Shown here: in pieces, positions 15,488-24,788 of the stretch | Layout of the letters: every line of letters begins with the position of its first letter | How positions within the stretch are numbered: the stretch's first letter is position 1 | Source: a bacterium | GTDB lineage: Bacteria > Patescibacteriota > Minisyncoccia > Phycocordibacterales > UBA6899 | Reading direction: 5' to 3' | Length of the DNA stretch: 60,958 nt | Assembly: GCA_043756865.1 (NCBI GenBank) | Contig: JAYUQG010000028.1 | Location: 1-60,958 of the forward strand | Made by a program: the position numbers and the translations under genes | The notes under the pieces: model-generated | Told to the model about the DNA's origin: nothing | Database searches by the model: none | Seen by the model: the letters and a program-made list of their open reading frames with translations, nothing else

Positions 15488-17287
15488 CTATTTCACCGTC
15501 ACGGACTTGGCCAAATTTCTGGGTTTGTCAGGGTCATTTCCGCGAAGCACGGCAAGGTGGTACGCGAGGAGTTGGATGGGAATAATGCTTGCAATCGGTG
15601 AGGCGAGCCCCACGTCTGGTACCTGAATCCACTCATCAAAGAGTTTGCTATTCTCCGGTGCAATGCCAATCACATATGCGCCACGCGAGCGAAGTTCCAT
15701 CGTGTTTGACTCCATGTCGCGTTTGGTTTCGTCATTGGGGATGAGCGCGATGACAGGTGTCCCCTTTTCTATGAGCGCTATGGGACCATGCTTAAGTTCC
15801 CCGCCCGGAAAACCCTCAGCATGAATGTACGACACTTCCTGTATTTTTATCGCCGCTTCGTGCGCGATTGGTGCGTTCAATCCTCGACCAATAATATAGA
15901 GGTCATTTTTCTTTACTAACTGCTCGGCAATTCGCCTTATTTCGCGCGAACGATCCACGGTGAGCCATGCTTTGATATCTTTCACCGCTCCACGCATGAG
16001 GTGTTTCCCCTCCGGGAGTTTTTTGCCCAGTGCGTGTGCCACAAGTATGAGTACTGCAATTTGTGCGGTTGCCGCCTTCGTTGAAGCAACGGCGATTTCC
16101 GGACCCGCATTAATAAACAACGTTTTTTTCGACATGCGGTCAATCGATGAACCCACCACATTTAGTAGCGCGACAATACGTGCGCCTTCTTTTTCTGCAA
16201 CACGAAGTCCCTCCAGTACGTCTGCCGTTTCTCCACTTTGAGAGACTGCAAAAATAGTGCTTTTTTTATTTAAAAATTGACTGTAGGCAGCAAACTCCGA
16301 CCCCACATATGCGTTGGCAAGCTTACCCGCAACACGTGCAGCATACAGTTCACCGAGTTTTGCCATCTTGGCTGCAGTGCCACATCCGATGAAAAACAGA
16401 TGCTCGGATTCTTTCATAAGGCGTGCAAACTCTTCAAGCTTGCTGTCTTCCTGACGAATCGCCTTGTCAAGTGCGAGGGGCTGCTCCATGATTTCTTTCA
16501 GCATATAGTGCGGATAGCCCTCTTTTGTTGCACTTCCCTTGTCCCACGTTATGGTTACCCATTCATGGTCAACCTTTTTCCCTGTTGCTAATTCTCGAGA
16601 GAGAATTGCATCTGCGGACACCTTTACATATTCATTGTCGCCGGGGTATAAGACCGTGCGCGTGTAGTCGAGAAATGCGGGGACATCGGATGCGAGAAAA
16701 AATTCATGCGCACCCTTCCCAATCACGAGCGGCGAACCGTCGCGCATCGCAAGCAAATATGGTTCACCGAGTTTCATTACCACCACGGCGAAACGCCCTT
16801 CGAGCATGCGTCCCGCTTCAACAAATGCAACTTCAAATGTTTTTCCTTCTTTTGCAATAAAATAATCAATCAGGTGGGGTATCACCTCAGTGTCTGTTTC
16901 GGATACAAAAAGTTTGTCAGCGAGAGCTGTGCCAAGTTTCGCACGTAAAAAATTTCGGATGTCTTCGTGGTTCTCGACAATGCCATTGTGTATGACCGCA
17001 ATTGTGTGTGCACTATTAAAGTGCGGATGTGCGTTTGCTTCCGTCACTGCACCATGCGTTGCCCAGCGTGAATGACCTATAGCCATCTTTCCCATTACCC
17101 CCTTCAGTGCTCCGAGCGGAGCAAGTGAAATTTTCCCCACCGCTTTTGTCTCAAACATGCCGCTGCCAGTCTCTGCAGCAATTCCCCACGAATCGTATCC
17201 GCGGTATTCAAGCTCGCAAAGCGCTTTGTTGGTCATTAGCGCAACTTCTTTTTTTGTATCTCCTATGTATCCAAATATTCCACACAT
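15488..17287 (-). CDS. glmS: glutamine--fructose-6-phosphate aminotransferase
   Basis: MCGIFGYIG N-terminal nucleophile, two SIS domains and C-terminal ...LAKSVTVK. Confidence 0.97.
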   Translation of the reverse strand: MCGIFGYIGDTKKEVALMTNKALCELEYRGYDSWGIAAETGSGMFETKAVGKISLAPLGALKGVMGKMAIGHSRWATHGAVTEANAHPHFNSAHTIAVIHNGIVENHEDIRNFLRAKLGTALADKLFVSETDTEVIPHLIDYFIAKEGKTFEVAFVEAGRMLEGRFAVVVMKLGEPYLLAMRDGSPLVIGKGAHEFFLASDVPAFLDYTRTVLYPGDNEYVKVSADAILSRELATGKKVDHEWVTITWDKGSATKEGYPHYMLKEIMEQPLALDKAIRQEDSKLEEFARLMKESEHLFFIGCGTAAKMAKLGELYAARVAGKLANAYVGSEFAAYSQFLNKKSTIFAVSQSGETADVLEGLRVAEKEGARIVALLNVVGSSIDRMSKKTLFINAGPEIAVASTKAATAQIAVLILVAHALGKKLPEGKHLMRGAVKDIKAWLTVDRSREIRRIAEQLVKKNDLYIIGRGLNAPIAHEAAIKIQEVSYIHAEGFPGGELKHGPIALIEKGTPVIALIPNDETKRDMESNTMELRSRGAYVIGIAPENSKLFDEWIQVPDVGLASPIASIIPIQLLAYHLAVLRGNDPDKPRNLAKSVTVK

Positions 17288-17461
17288 AAGCTAAATAGTG
17301 AGGAGTAGTAAGTAGCAAGTAGAACGGAAAAGATTCATATATCACTTATAACACGCGAGCACGCACAATGTAGCAAACAGATAACGTGAGCAAATTTGAC
17401 ATTAGTATTTATATTGTGCGAGATTACATTTGGCGTAACTCTTGAATACAGAAAGGTCCCA

Positions 17462-17749
17462 ATGAGCAAATTTAGAGTTCTTATCACGAGCATTGCCACT
17501 ACCTCGGACGGTAGAGGTAGAAAAACTGGCTCCAGCATTGCGTGCCACGAGGTGTTAAATCTCACGGAAAACGCCGCACATTCTCTGGTACTACAAATAC
17601 AAGAACAAGAAGAAATCTACATGGACGGCGCCTACCTCAATCAGCGTGCGTTCATTATTGATACGGGTCGAGAGCTGTCGAGTAAGCAACCTACTCCAAG
17701 TTTCAACAAAGGTTACGACACGAGAGAAAACGTTCGACCTTTAGCATAG
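17462..17749 (+). CDS. hypothetical protein (95 aa) in an AT-rich spacer
   Basis: AAAGG lies 5 nt upstream of ATG 17462. No motif recognised. Confidence 0.4.
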   Translation: MSKFRVLITSIATTSDGRGRKTGSSIACHEVLNLTENAAHSLVLQIQEQEEIYMDGAYLNQRAFIIDTGRELSSKQPTPSFNKGYDTRENVRPLA

Positions 17750-17758
17750 AGCTATCTA

Positions 17759-17785
17759 TCACCCACCACAAAAACTGGCGGGTGA
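17759..17785. terminator. hairpin between the convergent 17462 ORF and murD
   Basis: tcaccc(a)cc ... gg(c)gggtga stem followed by T-rich sequence on the plus strand. Confidence 0.35.
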
Positions 17786-17786
17786 A

Positions 17787-19241
17787 TTATTTTGTATATT
17801 TTTTTACCAGCAAATTGAACTTTTCTCCTCTATCAAATTCGTGCAAAAATTTTTCAAAACTTGCGGCACCGGGAGAAAATAATATTGTTGTTTTGCCTTT
17901 CAAGGTTTTCGCAACGCGGAATGCCTCGTAAACGCAGGAATCTAAGTTTTTTAACACTTTTTTGTCAAGGTTTAACCTTGACATTCGTTTGTTGTTCGAA
18001 AGAACGGAGATAAGTTTGGGGGTCGCGGAGCCTTCCAAGAGAACAAGTCGTCCTGTCAGAACAAATTTTTTAATTGCGTGAGCAAGCACTGTAAATTCAA
18101 GTTCTTTATCTGTCCCACCGGCAATAAGCACAATGTTCCCCAGCTTGCGGAATCGCTCAATTGCAGCGACAACTCCGTCTGGCGACGTTGCGCAACTGTC
18201 GTTGACCACAGTGAGCTTTCCGCGTGTATACACTATTTCTTGTCGCATGGGCGGGTTGGGCAGTCGAAGAATATCGCGCGCAGTTATGCGTAGTGACGAA
18301 TCAAACAACAAGGTCGCCGCGAGTGCCGCGAGCAGATTGGCGAGGTTGTGAGTACCACGGAGACGGGCAAACTGTGTGACTGATACAATATTACGCTCTT
18401 CGTTGTTATGCCGGAATACCGCAATACCATTGTGCACAAAGACGCCGTTTTTGCACGCTCGAGGAAGTGGCTCTGTTGAAATAAAACATATTTGTGCTTG
18501 CGGCTTTTTCTGCGAAAAGTATTTCCACCACTTATTATCCCGATTGAGCACAAGAAAATCGCTGCTGAGTTGTGAGGCGAAAATTCCTGCCTTTGCATCG
18601 GCGTATTGTGTGATGTCTCCCCCATAACGATTAAGGTGGTCGCGATAAATATTGGTTATCACTGCAATATGCGGTCCGCGTTTCGCCTGGGGTAGGTATT
18701 CCAATTGCCATGATGAAAGCTCGGCTACGACGGGAATGCCTTTATTGTTTACTCTATCAAATTCCTTCAAGAGTGCATTGTCTGGAGTGTTGCCGCTCGG
18801 TCGCACCTGAGGATATTTATGTTTGAGTAACTCCGCAATCCAAAGCGTTGTTGTGGTTTTGCCGCGAGTTCCCGTCACTGCTATAACGGGGTTGGTGATG
18901 AAACGAAAAAAAAGGCTGGCATCATTTTCTATGCGCTTCTGCGCTCTCATTGCCGTTGCCAAAAATTCACTCTCGCGCGAAACTCCCGGATTTACGAGAA
19001 TGAGATCGTTTGACTTAAAATCAGCATGATTATGCGTACCCAAGACATAACGCATGCGCACATGTTGCAGCGCGCGAATTGATGGCATAAGTACCTCTTT
19101 TGTACGCTTATCGGTGGCAGTCACGCTCGCCCCGTGCCCCGCAAGCCACTTTGCAGTCGCAACACCCCCGCCATGAAGACCGAGTCCCATCACGAGGGCT
19201 TTTGTTCCGCGAAATAGCTGCTCATTTTTTTTCTTTTGCAC
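17787..19241 (-). CDS. murD: UDP-N-acetylmuramoylalanine--D-glutamate ligase
   Basis: N-terminal GLGLHGGGVATAKWL, the Mur ligase P-loop VTGTRGKTTT, and C-terminal SPGAASFEKF...RGEKF. Confidence 0.9.
   Translation of the reverse strand: MQKKKNEQLFRGTKALVMGLGLHGGGVATAKWLAGHGASVTATDKRTKEVLMPSIRALQHVRMRYVLGTHNHADFKSNDLILVNPGVSRESEFLATAMRAQKRIENDASLFFRFITNPVIAVTGTRGKTTTTLWIAELLKHKYPQVRPSGNTPDNALLKEFDRVNNKGIPVVAELSSWQLEYLPQAKRGPHIAVITNIYRDHLNRYGGDITQYADAKAGIFASQLSSDFLVLNRDNKWWKYFSQKKPQAQICFISTEPLPRACKNGVFVHNGIAVFRHNNEERNIVSVTQFARLRGTHNLANLLAALAATLLFDSSLRITARDILRLPNPPMRQEIVYTRGKLTVVNDSCATSPDGVVAAIERFRKLGNIVLIAGGTDKELEFTVLAHAIKKFVLTGRLVLLEGSATPKLISVLSNNKRMSRLNLDKKVLKNLDSCVYEAFRVAKTLKGKTTILFSPGAASFEKFLHEFDRGEKFNLLVKKYTK
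17963..17984. repeat. palindrome copy 1 (tgtcaaggtttaaccttgacat), inside murD coding sequence
   Basis: Its reverse complement equals ATGTCAAGGTTAAACCTTGACA, identical to 21379-21400 and 45959-45980. It encodes MSRLNLD in MurD. Confidence 0.9.
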
Positions 19242-19352
19242 GCGACAATTTTATCACACATGGGACAGGTACCCATGCTTATCGACAATCATTGACACTT
19301 ACTAAATTCGTGATTGAGTGAGGAATAGCACAGCTCTTTACATTCCATTGGA

Positions 19353-21335
19353 GTGATTATGAACCAACAAGGGTTTAGCAAGTACGCAGTCTGGCTCGTG
19401 ATTGCTCTCGTGCTTTTTGTCGTGTTTAAAAACATGGACCAAAGCGGCACAACGAAACATCCTTCCGGACTAGTCGAATATTCTGACTTCATTGCTGACG
19501 TCAACAACAACCGCGTCAAATCGGCAACCCTTCAAGAAGTCGCTGATGGTGTCATCATCATCTACCAGACTACTGACGACAAAGTGCTGAAGTCATTTGG
19601 CACACACCTCGATCGCGGCCTCATGGGCGACCTGATTAACAACAAGGTAAAGGTTGATGTAAAGCAACGCGAAGAACCGTCCATGCTCTGGACCCTCATC
19701 ACGTCGTTTGGCCCATTACTTCTACTTATTGGCGTCTGGATTTATTTCATGCGACAAATGCAGGGCGGTGGCAAAGGCGGCGCGATGGGTTTCGGCAAAT
19801 CGAAGGCACGCATGCTCGATGAAGCCAGCAACACAACGACGTTTGCTGATGTCGCAGGATGCGACGAGGCAAAAGAAGAAGTGAGGGAGCTTGTCGACTT
19901 CCTGCGTGACCCTGGACAATTCCACAAGCTTGGTGGACGCATTCCCCGAGGAGTACTGCTTGTCGGGCCACCTGGCACCGGCAAAACACTACTGGCGAAG
20001 GCAATCGCGGGTGAAGCGAAGGTTCCATTTTTTGCAATCTCCGGTTCTGACTTTGTCGAAATGTTCGTTGGTGTCGGCGCAGCACGTGTGCGCGACATGT
20101 TCGAGCAGGCAAAAAAAAGTTCCCCGTGCATCATCTTCATCGATGAACTCGATGCAGTTGGTCGGCAACGCGGTGCAGGACTGGGCGGCGGCAATGACGA
20201 GCGAGAACAGACCCTGAACCAGATGCTTGTCGAGATGGACGGCTTCACGACAAACGTCGGAGTGATTGTGATGGCGGCCACCAACCGGCCCGACATCCTT
20301 GATGCTGCACTACTTCGTCCTGGGCGATTTGATCGACAGGTTTACGTCACGCTGCCCGACGTACGCGGTCGCGAACAAATCCTCCATGTCCACATGCGCA
20401 AGGTGCCTGTTGGACAAGATATCCGCCCAGACATTCTTGCACGTGGTACCCCCGGATTCTCGGGCGCCGACCTCGCGAACTTGGTCAACGAAGCTGCGCT
20501 TTTCGCCGCACGACGCAAAGGTCGGACGGTTGAAATGAGTGACTTTGAAAAAGCCAAAGACAAGATCATGATGGGTCCAGAGAGGAAATCCATGATCATG
20601 CCCGAAAGCGAACGGAGAAACACCGCATACCACGAGTCAGGTCATGCACTTGTCGCAAGACTCGTGCCGAAAACCGACCCCGTACACAAGGTGACCATCA
20701 TTCCGCGCGGACGAGCCCTCGGTGTCACCATGCAGCTTCCCGAGGAAGATCGATACAGCCTCGACAAGATTCGCATGCTCTCGACCATCGCAATCCTTTT
20801 CGGCGGACGTATCGCTGAAGAAGTCTTTGTCGGAGAAATGACGACTGGTGCTTCAAACGACTTCGAGCGAGCCACAGCAATGGCTCGCGATATGGTGATG
20901 CGTTACGGCATGAGCGATAAAATTGGCCGCATGGTTTATGCGGAAAACGAGGGCGAAGTCTTCCTCGGACGCTCGGTGTCAAGAACTCAGAACGTGAGCG
21001 AGGAGACACTCCAACGAATCGAAGTTGAAATTAAACACATTCTTGACGAGCAGTACGACGTCGCAAGAAAATTGATTGAAACAAATCGTGACAAGATTGA
21101 GTCAATGACTGCAGCACTTCTTCAGTGGGAAACCATTGATAGTGACCAGATCGACGACATCATGGACGGAAAGACTCCACGTGCACCGAAAGACTGGGTT
21201 CCGAAGGTGGTCCCACCGACCCCCCCGGACATTCCTCCTAGTGGTGGTGCACCAACGACACCTGATGTCCCACCTCCTCCGACTATTCACCCGGACAGCT
21301 CAAAGTTGGCCAGTGATATCGGTCTCGAGAAGTAA
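19353..21335 (+). CDS. ftsH: ATP-dependent zinc metalloprotease FtsH
   Basis: GPPGTGKT Walker A, DELDAVG, the SRH region and HESGHAL zinc site. It has a Pro-rich C-terminal tail. Confidence 0.97.
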   Translation: MIMNQQGFSKYAVWLVIALVLFVVFKNMDQSGTTKHPSGLVEYSDFIADVNNNRVKSATLQEVADGVIIIYQTTDDKVLKSFGTHLDRGLMGDLINNKVKVDVKQREEPSMLWTLITSFGPLLLLIGVWIYFMRQMQGGGKGGAMGFGKSKARMLDEASNTTTFADVAGCDEAKEEVRELVDFLRDPGQFHKLGGRIPRGVLLVGPPGTGKTLLAKAIAGEAKVPFFAISGSDFVEMFVGVGAARVRDMFEQAKKSSPCIIFIDELDAVGRQRGAGLGGGNDEREQTLNQMLVEMDGFTTNVGVIVMAATNRPDILDAALLRPGRFDRQVYVTLPDVRGREQILHVHMRKVPVGQDIRPDILARGTPGFSGADLANLVNEAALFAARRKGRTVEMSDFEKAKDKIMMGPERKSMIMPESERRNTAYHESGHALVARLVPKTDPVHKVTIIPRGRALGVTMQLPEEDRYSLDKIRMLSTIAILFGGRIAEEVFVGEMTTGASNDFERATAMARDMVMRYGMSDKIGRMVYAENEGEVFLGRSVSRTQNVSEETLQRIEVEIKHILDEQYDVARKLIETNRDKIESMTAALLQWETIDSDQIDDIMDGKTPRAPKDWVPKVVPPTPPDIPPSGGAPTTPDVPPPPTIHPDSSKLASDIGLEK

Positions 21336-21340
21336 CACAC

Positions 21341-21362
21341 AACCCGCCTAGGCGGGTTTTTT
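21341..21362 (+). terminator. intrinsic terminator after ftsH
   Basis: acccgc-ctag-gcgggt followed by ttttt. Confidence 0.7.
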
Positions 21363-21374
21363 CATTCCAAGAAA

Positions 21375-21405
21375 ATCAATGTCAAGGTTAAACCTTGACA
21401 TTGAT
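21375..21405. repeat. palindrome copy 2, a 31-nt perfect palindrome (15+1+15)
   Basis: atcaatgtcaaggtt-a-aaccttgacattgat. Confidence 0.9.
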
Positions 21406-21533
21406 ACGGGAAGTCGGCCGCAGAAGAGGCGGGTGCGATTCAAGAGATTGGTGAGATGACTACCCTAGCAGTAGCAAGAAATCCGTGTTAGTGTGTGCGA
21501 GGAAATATCGCACATGCAACAGAAAGAGTGCAC

Positions 21534-21878
21534 ATGGAAAGTACCTCACGCCAATTTGGCATCAAGGAAATCACTTGGGCGGTCTATGCCCTCCAAGCAC
21601 TAGGACTGGTGACTTTTGTCACCCCCATCATCGGCTTCATCGTCAACCTCTACAAAGACGCCGATGCGAGCGCAGACCCACTCGCAAAGTCCCACTTTCG
21701 GTGGCAAAAAATGACCTTTCTCTGGTCACTTTGCTGGGCGGTTGTCGCCTTTGCCACTACGTGGATCTTCGGACTTGGCGTCCTCGTCTTTGGAGTTGCG
21801 TGGTGTTGGAGCGCATACCGCACCCTGCGTGGAATGCTCAAACTTTCAAGCGGACAGCCTCCGAAACCCGGCTACTAA
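21534..21878 (+). CDS. small multi-pass membrane protein (hypothetical)
   Basis: MESTSRQFGIKEITWAVYALQALGLVTFVTPIIGFIV... has 3-4 hydrophobic helices. ATG 21534 is preferred over GTG 21495. Confidence 0.55.
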   Translation: MESTSRQFGIKEITWAVYALQALGLVTFVTPIIGFIVNLYKDADASADPLAKSHFRWQKMTFLWSLCWAVVAFATTWIFGLGVLVFGVAWCWSAYRTLRGMLKLSSGQPPKPGY

Positions 21879-21887
21879 GCTGCCACC

Positions 21888-21916
21888 AAACACCCGCAAG
21901 GGTGTTTTATTTTTTG
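21888..21916 (+). terminator. intrinsic terminator
   Basis: aaacaccc-gcaa-gggtgttt followed by tatttttt. Confidence 0.65.
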
Positions 21917-22107
21917 AAAAACTTTGCCAGAGCATAAGTCGCACAGATGATAAGTCCGAGGCCGAGGCCTCCTCGCAATGCAATAAGCGGGGAGAACCGA
22001 AACATTAATGAAAGCGCGTACACAAAAATACCCAGCGCAATACAAAAAATGCCGAGTTTCAAAAAATTTGTATCACTAAATGAGGTAATCGAAAAAAGTT
22101 TTTTCAT
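21907..22107 (-). CDS. small two-TM membrane protein (66 aa, hypothetical)
   Basis: ORF with two clear hydrophobic helices, immediately upstream of guaB. Confidence 0.4.
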   Translation of the reverse strand: MKKLFSITSFSDTNFLKLGIFCIALGIFVYALSLMFRFSPLIALRGGLGLGLIICATYALAKFFKK

Positions 22108-22128
22108 AAAATTATATGTTTGGCTAGC

Positions 22129-23571
22129 CTATTTTACTCCATGAGGGCCGGACTCCGTACGTCCTGCGTCGGTCATGCGGATGAACTCCGCATTTTTTGC
22201 AAACTCAGAAAGTGTTTTTGCTCCAAGGTAACTCATCGACGAGCGGAGGCCTCCCATAAGATCGGAAATGACCATGCTTGCATCGCCACGAAATGCGACG
22301 CGACCTGATGCACCTTCGGGGGAGCGAAAAAATCCGTCAGTGCCCCCGTCTACTTCTATTTTCTCGCGCGTTGCGTCATAGGACGCCATGCCGCGATAGT
22401 GTTTGTATGCAACGCCGCGGTCAAGAATATAGTCGCCTGGAGATTCTTTGCAACCAGCAAGGAGGTTGCCGATCATTGCACTTGCTGCACCCGCTGCCAT
22501 CGCCTTAGAAAGATCACCCGAATTTTTTATTCCACCATCTGCAATGAACGGAATGCCGAGTTTCGTTGCCTCCTTGGCCACGTCCATGATTGCGGTAAGC
22601 TGAGGTACCCCAACGCCCGTCACCACACGCGTGGTACATGCAGCACCTGGGCCTATCCCCACCTTGAGTCCGTCTGCTCCTGCTTTCACCAAATCGCGGG
22701 CAGCTTCAGGTGTGGCAATATTGCCGGCAATAATTTCAATTTTTTGTCCAAATGTTTTTCGCAAAAGTCGCGTTGTCTCAATCGCACGCGAATTATGTCC
22801 GTGCGCAACGTCGATCACGATAACATCTGCGCCTTCTTTCAAAAGTGCGTCCGTGCGCATCACCGTGTCATCTTTCACCCCCACCGCAGCACCTACTAAC
22901 AGTCTACCCTTCTTATCCTTGGAGCTTGTCGGATTCTGCATCCGCTCAAGAATGTCCCGCAGCGTGATGAGCCCCACAAGAAAACCGTCGGTGGTGACGA
23001 GGGGGAGTTTTTCGATACGGTTGTCGTGCAAAATAGCTTTTGCTTTCTCCATGCTGACGTTCGGGAGCGCGGTAACGACCCGTGCGCTCATGACGTCAGA
23101 AACTTTTTTCCGGTCATCGGTCTCGAACAACAGATCACGGCGAGTGAGGATTCCTACCAAAAGTTTCTTTCCGGCTTTTTCTTTCACCACCAACACACCG
23201 GAAATTCCTTCACGGCGCATATAGCTTTTTGCCTCACCGATGGTGATGGTAGGAAATACCGTAAATGGGTCATCAATAATGACATTTTCGGCACGCTTCA
23301 CTTTTCGCACTTCTTCTACTTGTCGCTCTATTGAGAGAAAGCGGTGAATAATACCGATGCCCCCCATTCGCGCCATAGTGCGTGCCATAGTACTTTCGGT
23401 AACGGTGTCCATATTTGCGGAAACCAAAGGAATCTCGAGTGTAATATGTCTTGAGAGTTGTGCTTTTGTCGAAACATCTTTCCGAGAAAATACCGCGGAG
23501 CGACACGGTAAAAGGAGCACATCGTCAAAGGTAAGGCCCTCGCGAATGTTCATGCCCTGAGTATAAAGCAT
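22129..23571 (-). CDS. guaB: IMP dehydrogenase
   Basis: [11 protein letters not shown]-terminus, CBS pair, catalytic loop [11 protein letters not shown] and GGIKNSGD. Confidence 0.95.
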   Translation of the reverse strand: MLYTQGMNIREGLTFDDVLLLPCRSAVFSRKDVSTKAQLSRHITLEIPLVSANMDTVTESTMARTMARMGGIGIIHRFLSIERQVEEVRKVKRAENVIIDDPFTVFPTITIGEAKSYMRREGISGVLVVKEKAGKKLLVGILTRRDLLFETDDRKKVSDVMSARVVTALPNVSMEKAKAILHDNRIEKLPLVTTDGFLVGLITLRDILERMQNPTSSKDKKGRLLVGAAVGVKDDTVMRTDALLKEGADVIVIDVAHGHNSRAIETTRLLRKTFGQKIEIIAGNIATPEAARDLVKAGADGLKVGIGPGAACTTRVVTGVGVPQLTAIMDVAKEATKLGIPFIADGGIKNSGDLSKAMAAGAASAMIGNLLAGCKESPGDYILDRGVAYKHYRGMASYDATREKIEVDGGTDGFFRSPEGASGRVAFRGDASMVISDLMGGLRSSMSYLGAKTLSEFAKNAEFIRMTDAGRTESGPHGVK

Positions 23572-23582
23572 AAATCAAAAAT

Positions 23583-23609
23583 AAAAAAGGTGCCGCATTA
23601 TGCGGCACC
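23583..23609 (-). terminator. intrinsic terminator overlapping the stop codon of the HD hydrolase gene
   Basis: Minus strand reads ggtgccgca-taa-tgcggcacc followed by tttttt. Confidence 0.6.
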
Positions 23610-24257
23610 GGCGGAACGAACACGAGATTCTCTGGTGTAGGCACGGAGAGTCTTGCGACGCATCCGCACCACTTGACTCAATTTGGTGTATAGCACCCTG
23701 TAGTCCTTGGCGAGCGGAAGATAGACAGCTTCTGTTTCTTCAATCATGCGCAACTGCTTGTCGCGAGCAAGCGCTTCGCAGGTAAGCAGGTTGTGCATGC
23801 GATCGGCAATCTTGAGCAGTATGACGCGCGGATCAATTGCCGCGGCAGCCATAAACTTTTGGTGATACGCCTCTAGGCGTGACTCACGACTCGGAAATTC
23901 TCCCTCGGGCATTGAAACTCCGTCGACAAGCGAGGCGACTGACTCACCAAACTCAAGCGCAATACGCTCTCGAGTCCAATCACAGTCTTCAATCGTGTCG
24001 TGCATGAGTGCCGCAGCGATGAGTTCCGCGTCTTGTATCCCAAAAATATCAATCAGGATAAGCGCGACCGCTCGGCAGTGTTCAAAATACCGTTCTCCTC
24101 GGGCACGCTGTATGCCTTTATGTGCTTTCTTGGCCGCCTTATAGGCGTTGCCAATAAGTGTGTCCCCATCATGATGTGGGAGGATAAACCGGTGAATCCG
24201 ACGAAAAAACGCATCGCGGTTTTCACTCATACCAAGCAATGCCAATTGTTTCTGCAT
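23598..24257 (-). CDS. HD-domain (p)ppGpp hydrolase-like protein (small alarmone hydrolase / Mesh1-like)
   Basis: RYFEHCRAVA...LMHDTIEDCD matches the RelA/SpoT hydrolase HD signature. AGGAG lies 6 nt upstream of ATG 24257. Confidence 0.8.
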   Translation of the reverse strand: MQKQLALLGMSENRDAFFRRIHRFILPHHDGDTLIGNAYKAAKKAHKGIQRARGERYFEHCRAVALILIDIFGIQDAELIAAALMHDTIEDCDWTRERIALEFGESVASLVDGVSMPEGEFPSRESRLEAYHQKFMAAAAIDPRVILLKIADRMHNLLTCEALARDKQLRMIEETEAVYLPLAKDYRVLYTKLSQVVRMRRKTLRAYTRESRVRSAGAA

Positions 24258-24279
24258 ACTCATCTCCTTTGCCTGCAAA

Positions 24280-24618
24280 CTATGAATGAACCAAAAGTAT
24301 TTCGTCGGGAGAGGCTTTTCGCACCAACCCAGAACGCATTTCACCAGGAGAAACCCAGAGGCCTTTCCCTGCACCATGTTTCAACCTACCATAAAGAACG
24401 GTATCCACAACTGCAAGATACGGCTTCCCTGTTTCCACAGAATACTCATCGGGAACATACCCATTTGGCATCCGAGCCCAGTATTCTGCACAGAATACTT
24501 TGTGGTCGCTTTCAGTGAGGTGGAGGGAAGAGCCGTCAGAGCGAGAACCCCAGCCTCGTTCATATTCAGTCCACCCTTGGCACAGCGCGAGCAGCGGTAT
24601 TTGTTGGGACGTTTTCAT
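24280..24618 (-). CDS. hypothetical protein (112 aa)
   Basis: AAGGAG lies 6 nt upstream of ATG 24618. It ends 22 nt before the HD hydrolase start. Confidence 0.5.
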   Translation of the reverse strand: MKTSQQIPLLALCQGWTEYERGWGSRSDGSSLHLTESDHKVFCAEYWARMPNGYVPDEYSVETGKPYLAVVDTVLYGRLKHGAGKGLWVSPGEMRSGLVRKASPDEILLVHS

Positions 24619-24763
24619 GTCTGTCTCCTTTTCAATGAACAACTACTGTCTATGTAGAGTGTATAGTGTACGAAAGAATAATTCTTTAAATATTGAAACA
24701 ATGTGTAACACTTTATGTTGAGATACCGAATTATTGCTTTTGCTACGGGTATTTAATATAATA

Positions 24764-24788
24764 AAAGTGTAATATTTAGTGACACTTT
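24764..24788. promoter_or_regulatory. inverted repeat AAAGTGT-N11-ACACTTT abutting the TrmB-like regulator start codon
   Basis: Arms at 24764-24770 and 24782-24788. A third ACACTTTATG copy lies at 24708-24717, and a TATAAT at about 24756. Confidence 0.35.

Noticed and set aside
17288-17461. A glmS ribozyme upstream of glmS
   Set aside because: The leader is AT-rich and lacks the conserved glmS ribozyme core elements as far as I can read. The ribozyme is also not generally expected outside Firmicutes-like lineages.
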